Shown here: one piece after another, positions 1 to 10,699 of the stretch
How positions within the stretch are numbered: the first letter of the stretch is position 1
Layout of the letters: every line of letters starts with the position of its first letter
Assembly: GCF_006345805.1 (NCBI RefSeq)
Contig: NW_021825034.1
Location: 1-16,833, forward strand
Origin: Octopus sinensis
Lineage: Eukaryota
Reading direction: 5' to 3'
DNA: 16,833 nucleotides
Position numbers and translations under genes: made by a program
The notes under the pieces: generated by a model
What the model saw: the letters and a program-made list of their open reading frames with translations, nothing else
Database searches by the model: none
Told to the model about the DNA's origin: nothing

Positions 1-333
1 CTCTTATTAAATATTGAAAATAGGGTGTTAACTGTTTGTACACACGTTTTAGTGCATCGGTACTTAAAATATGGATAGAAACTTTTAACCCCCAATTTTT
101 TTTTTTTCTGCTTGACTTCCAAAAAATTTCTTTTGAATATTTGATAAGATGGATACGTCAAAACCGGTTATATTTTAAATCACTCGCTGAAACAAAAATA
201 TTGAACCTTCTCGAAAATACACTCTCGTGCCTTTTCCAACTTTCTTTTAACCATAAATTTTGATTTGTATGGACACTTAACCCATCTTCAACTATATCTG
301 TATGTGTGTGTGTATGTAATTACTTATTTACTA

Positions 334-742
334 CTAGCAGTATCGCCCGGCGTTGCTCGGGTTTGTAAGGGAAATACCTATAGAGCATTTTTAGAGATGT
401 AAAGTATAATAGCCATCTCAATATGGCTAACCACAAAGGGGGGGGGGGGCGTGTTACTGTAGCTTTTTACGTTCTGAGATTAATAATAAATTTTTAGAGA
501 GTTACTTCCCTTATATATGCCAAAAATGCATTAAAAAATGGGAAGAAAAATTGATGGAAATTTGTTTTTTTTAAATCGTAGACTCATCGTAGACGCGCGC
601 GCTAATACCCAGAAGGGCTCGATATGAATCACGACTACAAGATACCCGGTTTTGGTTAAACTGCACCGCAAAATGTGGGAGTAGTTAGGAATCTAAATCG
701 TAGGAGACAGACAGCACACAACCTCTCTTTTATATATAAAGA
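334..742 (-). mobile_element. Non-autonomous Helitron (~409 bp)
   Basis: On the minus strand it starts A|TCTTTATATATAAAAG (TC at 742-741) and ends CCCGAGCAACGCCGGG-CGATACTG-CTAG|T (hairpin 346-361, CTAG 334-337). It sits between A and T with no TSD, which matches canonical Helitron termini. No ORF. Confidence 0.85.
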
Positions 743-811
743 TATGTCTGTATGTATGTATGTATAGTTACGTACACTCTGTTTGCGTGTGTGTGTAATT
801 ATACACTATAT

Positions 812-1094
812 GTGAGTTCGATTCCCGGACCGTGCTGTATATTGTGTTCTTGAGCAAGACACTTTATTCCATGTTGCTCCAGTTCACTCTGCTGTAGAAA
901 TCAGTTGCGGCATCACAAGAGCCAAGCTGTATCAGCCCTTGCCTTTCCTTTGGATAACATCGGTGGCACAGAGAGGAGAGGCCGGTATGTAAGGGCGACT
1001 GCTGGTCTTCCATAAACAACCTTGCCCGGTCTTGTACCCGGGGGGTAACTTCCTACGTGCAATCCCATGGTCAGTCATGCCCGAAGGGGGTCTC
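812..1094 (+). mobile_element. 5'-truncated tRNA-derived SINE (family D)
   Basis: Starts at a B-box (GAGTTCGATTCC), followed by GTGTTCTTGAGCAAGACAC, an imperfect palindromic core motif common in metazoan SINEs. The body is GC-richer and interrupts a low-complexity repeat. Confidence 0.65.
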
Positions 1095-1139
1095 CGCAGT
1101 ATGTGTGTGTGTGTATGTAATTACTTATATACTGTATAC

Positions 1140-1168
1140 GCTTCTCACCACACAACCACGCTGCGCCT
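1140..1168 (-). mobile_element. Isolated head fragment of SINE family A
   Basis: The reverse complement AGGCGCAGCGTGGTTGTGTGGTGAGAAGC matches the family A 5' end (compare 4288-4320). Confidence 0.6.
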
Positions 1169-1195
1169 ATATATATATATATATATATATATATA

Positions 1196-1360
1196 GGAGT
1201 GGCTGTGTGGTAAGTAGCTTGTTTAACAACACATGGTTCCGGGTTCAATCCCACTGCGTGGCACCTTGGGCAAGTGTCTTCTACTATAGCCTCGGGCCGA
1301 CCAAAGCCTTGTGAGTGGGATTGGTAGACGGAACCTGAAAGAAGCCCGTCGTATATATGT

Positions 1361-1400
<40 letters not shown>

Positions 1401-1657
1401 TATATTATATATATATATATATTATATATATATATGCGTGTGTGTGTTTGTGTGTCTGTGTTTGTCCCCCTAGCATTGCTTGACAACCAATGCTGGCGTG
1501 TTATGTCCCCGTTACTTAGCGGTTCGGCAAAAGAGACCGATAGAATAAGTACTGGGCTTACAAAAAGAATAAGTCCCGGGGTCGAGTTGCTCGATTAAAG
1601 GCGGTGCTCCAGCATGGCCGCAGTCAAATGACTGAACAAGTAAAAGAGTAAAAGAGA
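1196..1657 (+). mobile_element. tRNA-derived SINE family A, near full length
   Basis: A-box-like TGGCTGTGTGG, B-box GGTTCAATCCC, CCTTGGGCAAGTGTC core, internal (TA)n/(TG)n and (GTAAAAGA)n tail. Near-identical to several other copies in the window. Confidence 0.92.
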
Positions 1658-2016
1658 ATATATATATAAGATATATATATATATGTATGTATATATATAC
1701 AATGTTGTACATTATGTATATATAATGTACATGAAGCCATTTCATATTGCTTACATTATTTATTTAATCTGGTGCATTGCTCAATCTTAATAACATCTGC
1801 ACTGTTTATACAACTTACAACGGCATTCCTCTTTGAATCGAACTGTTTACATTATTCATATGGTTTAGTACATTACTCCACAGTTTCATTTTACTGCTTA
1901 TTGTTCACACTATATAATCTAGTAAGTTACTTCATTCCATTTCATACTGTCTACACCAGCATTTCTATACCTAAGTTTCCCGGAACATTGGGGTTCGGCG
2001 TGGAAATATTGGTGAA

Positions 2017-2407
2017 TGGGGGAAGCACTCCGTCGGTTACGACGACGAGGGTTCGGTTGATCCGATAAACGGAACAGCCTGCTCGTGAAATAAAGTGTAA
2101 GTGCTGAGCACTCCACAGACACGTGTACCCTTAACGTAGTTCTCGGGGATATTCAGCGTGACAACAGAGAGTGACAAGGCCGGGCCTTTGAAATACAGGT
2201 ACAACAGAAAACAGGAAGTAAGAGTAGGAGAGAAAGAAAGTGTGGTGAAAGAGTACAGCAGGGATCACCACCATCCCTGCCGGAGCCTCGTGGAGCTCTA
2301 GGTGTTTTCGCTCAATAAACACTCACAACGCCCGGTCTGGGAATCGAAACCGCGATCCTACGACCGCGAGTCCGCTGCCCTAATCACTGGGCCATTGCGC
2401 CTCCACA
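2017..2407 (-). mobile_element. tRNA-derived SINE family B, full length
   Basis: Minus-strand head GGAGGCGCAATGGCCCAGTGATTAGGGCAGCGGACTCGCGGTCGTAGGATCGCGGTTTCGATTCCC has A and B boxes. A second copy lies at 9116-9305. Confidence 0.88.
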
Positions 2408-2816
2408 GTGGCGAATAAACTAACTATAAATAAATGTATTTTGAATAGGTTTTGTTACTTTAGTATATACGCTCGGCATACTCAAAATATTGGTGTTTGT
2501 AGGTAGCAAAGAAAGTCTATGGGGAAAATGATTTCTTTATGGGAAGTAATTGGCGAATAGTTAAGATGAAATTTCTTAAATCTTATTTGTGTTCTCTAAT
2601 GGCTTTTTGCTTTTAATACTGATTAAACTTTCAAAGATAGTTTTATGATGTAGAATAATGTAGCATTATGAAAGGATTAGCAAAGATTAGAACTTTTATG
2701 TTGGGGTTATCTGAGATATGGAATGTATTTCAAGGGTTACCCGCGGCTCGAAAATGCTGGGTCTACACCATCTATCTAATAAAGTATAAAACTTATCTAT
2801 TCTAAATTGTCTACAA

Positions 2817-3251
2817 GGCGTATGAGTGGCTGTATGGTAAGTAGCTTGCTTACCAACCACATGGTTCCGGGTTCAGTCCCACTGCGTAGTACCTTAGGCA
2901 AGTGTCTTCTACTATAGCCTCGGGCCGACCAAAGCCATGTGAGTGGATTTGGTAAGCTGAAACTGAAAGAAGCCCGTCATATATATATATATATGTGTGT
3001 GTGTTTGTGTGTGTATGTGTGTATGTGTGTGTGTGTGTGTGTGTTAGTGTGTCTGTGTCCCCTCAACATCGCTTGACAACCGATGCTGGTGTGTTTACGT
3101 CCCCGAAACCTAGCGGTTCGGCAAAAGAGACCGATAGAGTAAGTACTAGGCTTACAAAAAGTAAGTCCTGGGGTCGATTGGCTCGACTAAAGGGGGTGCT
3201 CCAGCATGGCCATAGTCAAATACCTGAAACAAGTAGAGTAAAAAGGGAGTA
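2817..3251 (+). mobile_element. SINE family A, full length
   Basis: Same head, core, internal microsatellite and tail as 1196-1657. Confidence 0.92.
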
Positions 3252-4141
3252 CACTATATAATGTACTAGATTACTTCTTACTGTGTATGCCAGGTCGTTG
3301 ACCTGGCAGTACTCCCCGTCGGGGGGTGTTTGGAACTACCATAGGGACAGAAAATATCAAAGAGACGCTAGATGTTTAAAAGAAATTATGTAAGAAATAG
3401 ATTTAAACCAGGCACAACACGTATATTTTAAACACATCATCAATCGCACTGTAGAATATCCTGCTGTCTCTCCGAACACTTTGATCATTTTCTTTCCTTT
3501 ATTTGAATAGGGGAAATCTTTTCCGAAATATTACAGGATCATTAAGTAATCTATGTACGGTAATGCCATATCTTTTCTCTTTGCTTTCACTTATTGACAT
3601 CACGTTACATATTTTGCTCAACTGCTCATCAGCATTGCTCAACGGTTTTCTACAAACATGTATAACTTTTACATGTATTGTAATACTTCAAACAAATTAC
3701 AACATTCTTTAATTTAGAGAAATTCTCTATCGCAATTAATATATGAGTGAGTCATTGTGTGATCAGTGAGTACAAACATGATCCATAATGCACTAAAGTC
3801 TAATATAATTTCATCACGTAATAATATAATCTAGAAAATGGAGCATTGGTCCACGCAAATATCTAAAAGGAAGCACGTGGTGAAAGGGGATACCTTTTGA
3901 AAATATGGATAATACATCACTTCATGACAGACAGATTGCCTGACAGAGATAAATATTGTGTTATTAAGCATGTCTTCCTATATATGTGCGCGCGCGTGTG
4001 TGTTTGCGTGTATGTTTGCGTGTATTTGTGTGTGTGTGTGTGTGTGTATGTGTGTGAAAGGCGTGGACATAGACGGCCTCTAATACAATAGGATGTCCAG
4101 ATATTTCTCATTCTCTACATTTTTTATAAGTGAATATACAC

Positions 4142-4142
<1 letters not shown>

Positions 4143-4172
<30 letters not shown>

Positions 4173-4245
4173 TGTATGTATGTATGTATGTATGTATGTA
4201 TGTATGTATGTATGTATGTATGTGTGTGTGTGTATGTATGTATAT
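4143..4245. repeat. (TATG)n tetranucleotide microsatellite
   Basis: Seen directly: a long perfect TATG run followed by TG. Confidence 0.95.
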
Positions 4246-4288
4246 ATGTTTATATGTACATAAGTATGCATCTATATACATGTATATA

Positions 4289-4703
4289 GGCGCAGGCGTG
4301 GCAGTGTGTTAAGTAGCTTGCTTAGCAACCACATGGTTCCGGGTTCAGTCCCACTGCGTGGCACCTTGAGCAAGTGTCTTCCACTATAGCTTCGGGCCGA
4401 CCAAAGCTTTGTGGGTGGATTTGGTAGACGGAGACTGAAAGAAGCCTGTCGTATTATATATATATAATAATATATATATAAGTGTGTGTATATGTTTGTG
4501 TGTCTGTGTTTGTCCCCCTAGCATTGCTTGACAACCGATGCTGGTGTGTTTACGTCCCCATCACTTAGCGGTTCGGCAAAAGAGACCGATAGAATAAGTA
4601 CTGGGCTTACAAAGAATAAGTCCCGGTTCGATTTGCTCGACTAAAGGCGGTGCTCCAGCATGGCCGCAGTCAAATGCCTGAAACAAATAAAAGAATTAAA
4701 GAA
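4289..4703 (+). mobile_element. SINE family A, full length
   Basis: GGCGCAGGCGTGGCAGTGTG head through GCATGGCCGCAGTCAAATG and an A-rich tail. Confidence 0.92.
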
Positions 4704-4742
4704 TTTAGCTAAACTTGAGCAGAAAACGTTTGTACAACGACA

Positions 4743-4939
4743 TTTACTCTTTTACTTGACTGTGGCCATGCTGGAGCACTGCCTTTAGTCGAGCAAATCG
4801 ACCCCAGAACTTATTCTTTGTAAGCCTAGTACTTTTCCTATCGGTGGCTTTTGCCGAACCGCTAAGTTACGGGGACGTAAACACACCGACATTGATCGTT
4901 AAGCGATGGTGACGGGCAAATACAAACAATCACACACAT

Positions 4940-5020
<81 letters not shown>
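4743..5020 (-). mobile_element. SINE family A, 3' half only, ending in (CA)n
   Basis: Reverse complement of the 3' half (TTTACTCTTTTACTTGACTGTGGCCATGCTGGAGCAC...). Truncated at the internal microsatellite. Confidence 0.88.
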
Positions 5021-5021
<1 letters not shown>

Positions 5022-5105
5022 GATAACAACTATTCAAAAATAAAGAGAAAAACAACTTGTTTGAAATCTCTGAACGAGAAATATGCAGTAGCAGTACCGA
5101 ATACA

Positions 5106-5312
5106 CTCTTTCTCTTTTTACTCTTTTACTTGTTTCAGCCATCTGACTGCGGCCATGCTACAGCACCGCCTTTAGTCGAGCAAATCGACTCCAGGACTTA
5201 TTCTTTGTAAACCTAGTACTTATTCTATCGGTCTCCTTTGTCGAACCGCTAAGTTACGGGGACGTAAACACACCAGCATCGGTTGTCAAGCGATGTTGTG
5301 GGGGGGGGGAGA

Positions 5313-5378
<66 letters not shown>

Positions 5379-5544
5379 CGACGGGCTCCTTTTTTCAGTT
5401 TCGTCTATCAAATCCACTCACACGGCTTCGGTCGGCCCGAGGCTATAGTAGAAGACACTTGCCCAAAGTGCCATGCAGTGGCACTGAACCCAGAACCATG
5501 TGGTTGGTAAGCAAACTACTTACCACACAGCTACTCCTGTGCCT
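5106..5544 (-). mobile_element. SINE family A, full length
   Basis: Reverse-complement match from tail (CTCTTTTACTTGTTTCAG) to head (ACCACACAGCTACTCCTGTGCC). Confidence 0.92.
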
Positions 5545-5632
5545 GAATAGTAAAGTTTATTTGCCAAGATAATGTGGCATCCTATACAAGGACAATGTTA
5601 TTGTTATTTAGCCTCAGGAAAAAAATATCCGA

Positions 5633-5701
5633 TCTCTTACGGGAATCGAACCTCATGTCTGCTGCAAACCGTGTGGTCGTACTAATCGACACACTCAGAG
5701 A
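5633..5701 (-). pseudogene. Degenerate tRNA-like sequence or SINE head
   Basis: 69 nt with B-box GGTTCGATTCCC and acceptor-like ends TCTCTGA...TAAGAGA. The D and anticodon arms are decayed. Confidence 0.4.
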
Positions 5702-5984
5702 CAAGCGCGCGCGCACACACCTATGTATGTATATATGTAGGTGGGTAGGTAGGCAGGTATGTAGGTAGGTATGTGGATATTGTTTGCACTTACAGGAGTG
5801 GCTGATTTGTGTGTGTGTGTGTGTGTGACAGAGAGAGAGAGAGAGAGAGAGAGAGTAGCTGGGTGTACTTTGAATGTCTATATGTGTGAAAGTGTGTATA
5901 TATGCCTTTTGTTGCACAATCTGGAATTATTGGCATAAACAAACCTGGAATGTGGAATATTCATTGTGTCAGCACATAACAATA

Positions 5985-6004
5985 CCAACGACGACGACAA
6001 TGAC

Positions 6005-6036
<32 letters not shown>

Positions 6037-6250
6037 CAACGACAGCAACTACTACTACTACTACTACCATTAATACTACTACTACTACTACTACTATTAC
6101 TACGACTACTACTACTTCGTAGTTCACACACCCACCGACGAATCTCAAGGCTAGTGCGTGTGGTAATATCGTGCGCCGCTGTCACTGCTGCTGCTACTGT
6201 TGCTGCTGATGATGATGATGACAGTAATGATGGTGATGATGATGATGATG
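5985..6250. repeat. Compound trinucleotide microsatellites (ACG/ACC/ACA/ACT, then GCT/GAT)
   Basis: Seen directly. Confidence 0.9.
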
Positions 6251-6331
6251 GTATCGGAGGCAGGCTCTGCAACCACGCACGCACCCACACGCGCGCGCGC
6301 ACCCATACCCAAACACCTCTACTCTAATGAA

Positions 6332-6387
6332 CTTCTACGTGGTCACTGGACCTGCTAGAAATAGCAGGTACAGTGACCACGTAGAAG
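6332..6387. repeat. 26-bp inverted repeat with a GAAA loop
   Basis: CTTCTACGTGGTCACTGGACCTGCTA-GAAA-TAGCAGGTACAGTGACCACGTAGAAG, with one mismatch. Confidence 0.92.
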
Positions 6388-6867
6388 CTGATTAGAAGTT
6401 CACACCAAAGTTCACATCAAACTAAAGACAACTTAATAAAGTAGTTCCAGATATACAAATGGGATGGTTACGGCTGGAGAGCCTTTTAATACTTTTGCTG
6501 TTGTGTTTAGCCCAAGTTGTCCAGGGTCAAGCAACAATTACAATAACAACAACAACAATTACATCAAGAGAGTCGATGTCAGTGCCACAATTAGATGAAA
6601 ACCCGGGGTCTTTTCATCTAAATCATGTGCGGACCTTCCAAATCCCTCACATTCAAGACTAGAATTACATGTACACCTTGGCTGGTGACCCCTTAGATTC
6701 TGTGGGTCTAGGTTTCTGCCAGCCAAGCCGGTAGGTAACGTCACTACTGATCAGTGTCTATGACAGAGCCCTTAATGTTCATTAGCCTATGCTAGAAAGA
6801 GCAACCTAAATCCATTGGATTAACACCACCGACGATCATAAAAAGCATGACAAAGAATATATTAGAT

Positions 6868-7121
6868 CAGTGGTTTTCAATCTTGTTTCATGTGACCCTT
6901 GTGGGATCCGTATAAGATTTTGTTATCAAAATTTATCTCCAATAAATTGTTTATACTTCCACAATACACAAAATGTTCTAACCCTTTTTTTTAAGTACAA
7001 TTTCTAATAATATTTAATTACAAAACTATGATTTTTTTTTTAAGGGAATGGTTAGAAAGGTCCACGCGAGTAGAATAATAATGAAAGGAATTCGTAGGTA
7101 AAAAATGGTTAAGAAACACTG
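6868..7121. mobile_element. hAT/Charlie-like MITE
   Basis: Imperfect TIRs CAGTGGTTTTCAATC ... GGTTAAGAAACACTG around an AT-rich interior. No clear TSD. Confidence 0.6.
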
Positions 7122-7336
7122 CATTTCCCAACGTTGGGCATATGCCCCACCGGATGGGGCCTGGGAAAAATTGTGGTGGGCCGTGGAATCCAACTTTTAT
7201 TTTCATTTTTTTTTTAAGTGAGACATGGAATTGTAAAAATCGTTTTTTCACAGCAAGCACACTATAGATATACTCAGCCTAGCAAAACCAATCCCTCCAG
7301 CCAAGCAGACTGTCTGAAGACAGTTTGCAACTCAAA

Positions 7337-7998
7337 AAATTCCACCGAGGTCAACTTTGCCTTTCATCCCTTTCGGGGTCGATAAATTGAGTACCAGTTG
7401 CGTACTGGGGTCAATCTAATCGACTGGCCGCTTCTCCCAAAATTTCAGGCCTTGTGCCTAGAGTAGAAAAGAATATTTGTGTATGGAGCACAGTGAATTA
7501 GCAGAATTGTTAGAGATTGTAACAAAATGCTTTGCAGGTTTCTAATTCTCACTTTTTATAGTTTTGAGTTCAAATCCGGCTGATGCTAATTTTTCATGCT
7601 CGTGCTGGTACCACAGGAAAAGCACTGGTGATGGTTCCACTTTGCCTTTCATTCCTTTCGGGGTCGATAAATTAAGCACCAGTTGCGTACTGGGGTCCAT
7701 CTAATCGACTGGCCGCCTGCCCCAAAATTTCGGTCCTTGCGCCTAGAGTAGAAAAGAATATTATTCCTTGGCAATGGAAGAAGACGAGCTGGCAGAGTCG
7801 TTAGCACGCCGGGCGAAATGCTTAGCGTTATTTCGCCCATTGCTATGTTCTGAGTTCAAATTCCGCCGAGGCTGACTTTTCCTTTCATACCTTTCGGGGT
7901 CGATAGATTAAGTACCAGTTGCGTACTGGGGTCCATCTAATCGACTGGCCACCTCGCCAAAAATTTGGGACCTTGTGCCAAGTGTAGAAAAGACAATT
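7337..7998 (+). mobile_element. Head-to-tail cluster of SINE family C (7337-7477 5'-truncated; ~7490-7600 decayed head; 7639-7763 3' half; 7783-7998 full)
   Basis: Repeated core GCCTTTCATCCTTTCGGGGTCGATAAATTAAGTACCAG, head GAGCTGGCAGAGTCGTTAGCA...GAGTTCAAATTC and tail GTAGAAAAGAATATT. From memory the core resembles the Meta/MESC-type SINE domain (unverified). Confidence 0.88.
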
Positions 7999-8057
7999 TG
8001 CAACAGTATAGTGCTATTTTAATGCATTAGTGTGGGTACTTCTTTAAGGAATAGATA

Positions 8058-8439
8058 TTCTTTTATTTGTTTCAGTAATTTGACTGCGGCCATGCTGGAG
8101 CACGGCCTTTAGTCATACAAGTCGACCCCCAGGACTTATTCTTTGTAAGCTTAGTACTTATTCTATCGGTCGCTTTTGCCGAACCGCTAAGTTACGGGGA
8201 CGTAAACACACTAACATCGGTTGTCAAGCGATGGTTGGTGGGACAAACACAGACACACACACACACACAATACATATATACGACAGATTTCTTTCAGTTT
8301 CCGTCTACCAAATCCACTCACAAGGCTTTTGGTCGGCCGGAAGCTATAGTAGAAGACACTTGCCCAAGATGTCACGCAGTGGGACTGAACTTAGAGCCAC
8401 ATGGTTGGGAAGGAAGCTTATTACCACACAGCTATTCCT
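8058..8439 (-). mobile_element. SINE family A, near full length, short internal microsatellite
   Basis: Reverse-complement match to the family A copies. Confidence 0.9.
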
Positions 8440-8529
8440 AATTATGAAATAATAGGTGGGACATACATTTTTCTGGAAATTTATAGCAGGGCCTGGGGGA
8501 AAAGGTTGGGAAACACTAACCTAGATATA

Positions 8530-9115
8530 CAAAAAGAGAGGGTGGCCACTGTGGGAATACTTTTTGTCCACAGGTTTGGTCAAAGAGAGCTGACCTGGGG
8601 CTAAACAACGACAACAATAGCAGCTAAGAGCTTCGAGTCTATGTGGAGGGTCTCTCTGTGCAGTTGCTTGACCGGCAAGAAATAATAGCTAAAAGTATCA
8701 AAAATCAAGCCTTTATGTTCTTAACATAGGAAGAACACATTGGATGATGTAGTACTAGGTACACTGTGTCAACGAAGAAGCTTTTATTTATTAATTCGAC
8801 TTCCTAGAAATAGACGCCAAACCTCTAGCAAAACGTGCTACGGTCTTAAAACTGGAGGGGGGGGGGCGCACATTGAATAATGTAATCCTGAATACACTAT
8901 GCCAACGAGGAAGCCTATATTTATTTGCTCGACTTGCGAAATATAGTAAATCACCCACCGCGATTTTAAAAGAAGCAGGGCACATTAGTTCTGAAATAAA
9001 AAAAAAAAAACGGAATGGTCACAACTGGAACTCCTTAGGTCATAGGTCTGTTGGATTTAGGTTGACCTAGGGCTAAATACATCAAGACGCAATCACAGCA
9101 GAAACAACAGCAACA
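8530..9115 (+). mobile_element. Tandem decayed fragments of an old (CAA)n-tailed repeat (family E)
   Basis: Recurrent motifs GACCTGGGGCTAAACAAC / GACCTAGGGCTAAATAC, CTAGAAATAG and CACATTGGATGATGTAG / CACATTGAATAATGTAA. Related pieces lie near 6440-6560, 6770-6865 and 10271-10328. Confidence 0.55.
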
Positions 9116-9305
9116 GTAGAGGCGCAATGGCCCAGTGGTTAGGGCAGTGGACTCGCAGTCGTAAGAAAGCGGTTTCGATTCCCAGACCGGGCATTGTGAG
9201 TGTTTATTGAGCAAAAGACACCTAAGCTCCACGAGGCTCCAGCGGGGTGGGGTGAACAACGCTGTACTCTTCACCACAACTTTCTCTTACTCTTTCTTCC
9301 TACTT
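9116..9305 (+). mobile_element. SINE family B, 5' half
   Basis: GAGGCGCAATGGCCCAGTGGTTAGGGCAGTGGACTCGCAGTCG...GGTTTCGATTCCCAGACCGGGC matches the reverse complement of 2210-2407. Confidence 0.87.
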
Positions 9306-9876
9306 TTGCTACAAATTAGAGGAACCATAGTGTAACCCACTATAGTGTGGTAAACTTTCAGACCCTAGTCTAGAATGCGAATCATTTGTACCCCGGGATG
9401 GTTCAGCTCTCCACCCGTTAAAAAGCCACCGTTTACGGAATGAGGATAACAACGTAGCTTTCGCGCCCGTGCAACCGCCAGTTTATCGCGTGTGGTGGGT
9501 GGATCTTCAAGTTGCCACACGCATTTTTAGTAGCTTAGAGTAGGCTCGAATTAGAGATTATTCTTTGTGGCTAATGGCGTGAGTCCTGATTGGAAGAAGA
9601 AGAAGAAGAAGACAACAGCAACACATAAACATGCGTGTGTATGTCTACATATGTATGTGTGTGCGTGTGTGTGTGACTGTGCATGTGTTTGTTTGTGTGT
9701 GTGTTTGTGCACGTGTTTGTTTGTTTGTTTGTGTGTGTGTGTGTATGTGTGTGTGCGCGTGTGTGTGTGTGGGGGCGATGTGAGAGCAGAAAGAGAGACA
9801 AATTGGTACGATCGTTACAGGGTCGGACAAGATACTGTTTTTTTTGGCATTTGTTTAGGTTCTTTACAGTCAGGAT

Positions 9877-9997
9877 GGCGTAGGAGTGGCTGTGTGGTAA
9901 GTAGCTTGCTTACCAACCACATGGTTCTGTGTTCAGTCCCACTGCGTGGCACCTTGTGAGTGGATTTGGTAGACGGAAACTGAAAGAAGCCCGTCGC

Positions 9998-10039
<42 letters not shown>

Positions 10040-10270
10040 GTTTGTGTGCTTGTGTGTCTGTGTTTGTCCCCCCCAACATCGTTTGACAATCGATGCTGGT
10101 GTGTTTACGTTCCCGTAACTTAGCGGTTCGGCAAAAAGAGAACCGATAGAATAAGTACTAGGCTTACAAAGAAGAAGTCCTGGGGTCGATTTGCTCGACT
10201 GAAGGCGGTGCTCCAGCATGGCCGCAGTCACATGACTGAAACCAGTAAAAGAGTAAAAAGAGTAAAAGAG
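9877..10270 (+). mobile_element. SINE family A with a 43-bp internal deletion
   Basis: Family A head and tail present. It reads GGCACCTTG|TGAGTGG and lacks GGCAAGTGTC...AAAGCCTTG found in other copies. Confidence 0.92.
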
Positions 10271-10399
10271 GGCCGGAATGTCTTTGATCGTAGGGCTGGC
10301 GTGACCCTGGGCTGAACAGCAACAGCGGCGTTCGAGAATGTCCCACTCTTTATACAATCTGCATATCACACATAACTATCACAGCTGTCTCAGCAAGTC

Positions 10400-10659
10400 T
10401 CACTTTCTCTCACTCTAGCTCTTACTCTTTCTCTCACTCTAGCTCTTACTCTTTCTCTCTCACTCATCCTCACTCACTTCTTTTCCTCCGCATCCTTTCT
10501 CTTTCTCTCTCTCTCTCTTACGTATACACATACGCGCGCGCACACACAATCATTGCTTGTTTCTAATTCACACACTCATTGTAATAACTATGTTGTAATC
10601 CACACTGCAACACCACCTTCATCTCCTGTTTCTTTCTTTCTCTCTCTGTCTCTCTGTCA

Positions 10660-10699
<40 letters not shown>

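Noticed and set aside
6459-6662. 67-aa ORF with a signal-peptide-like N-terminus
   Set aside because: It overlaps decayed family E sequence and an (ACA)n run. The hydrophobic stretch is likely chance and there is no other support.
7305-7328. Hairpin GCAGACTGTC-TGAA-GACAGTTTGC containing CTGAAGA
   Set aside because: The CUGANGA overlaps the hairpin itself and no hammerhead three-way junction can be drawn.
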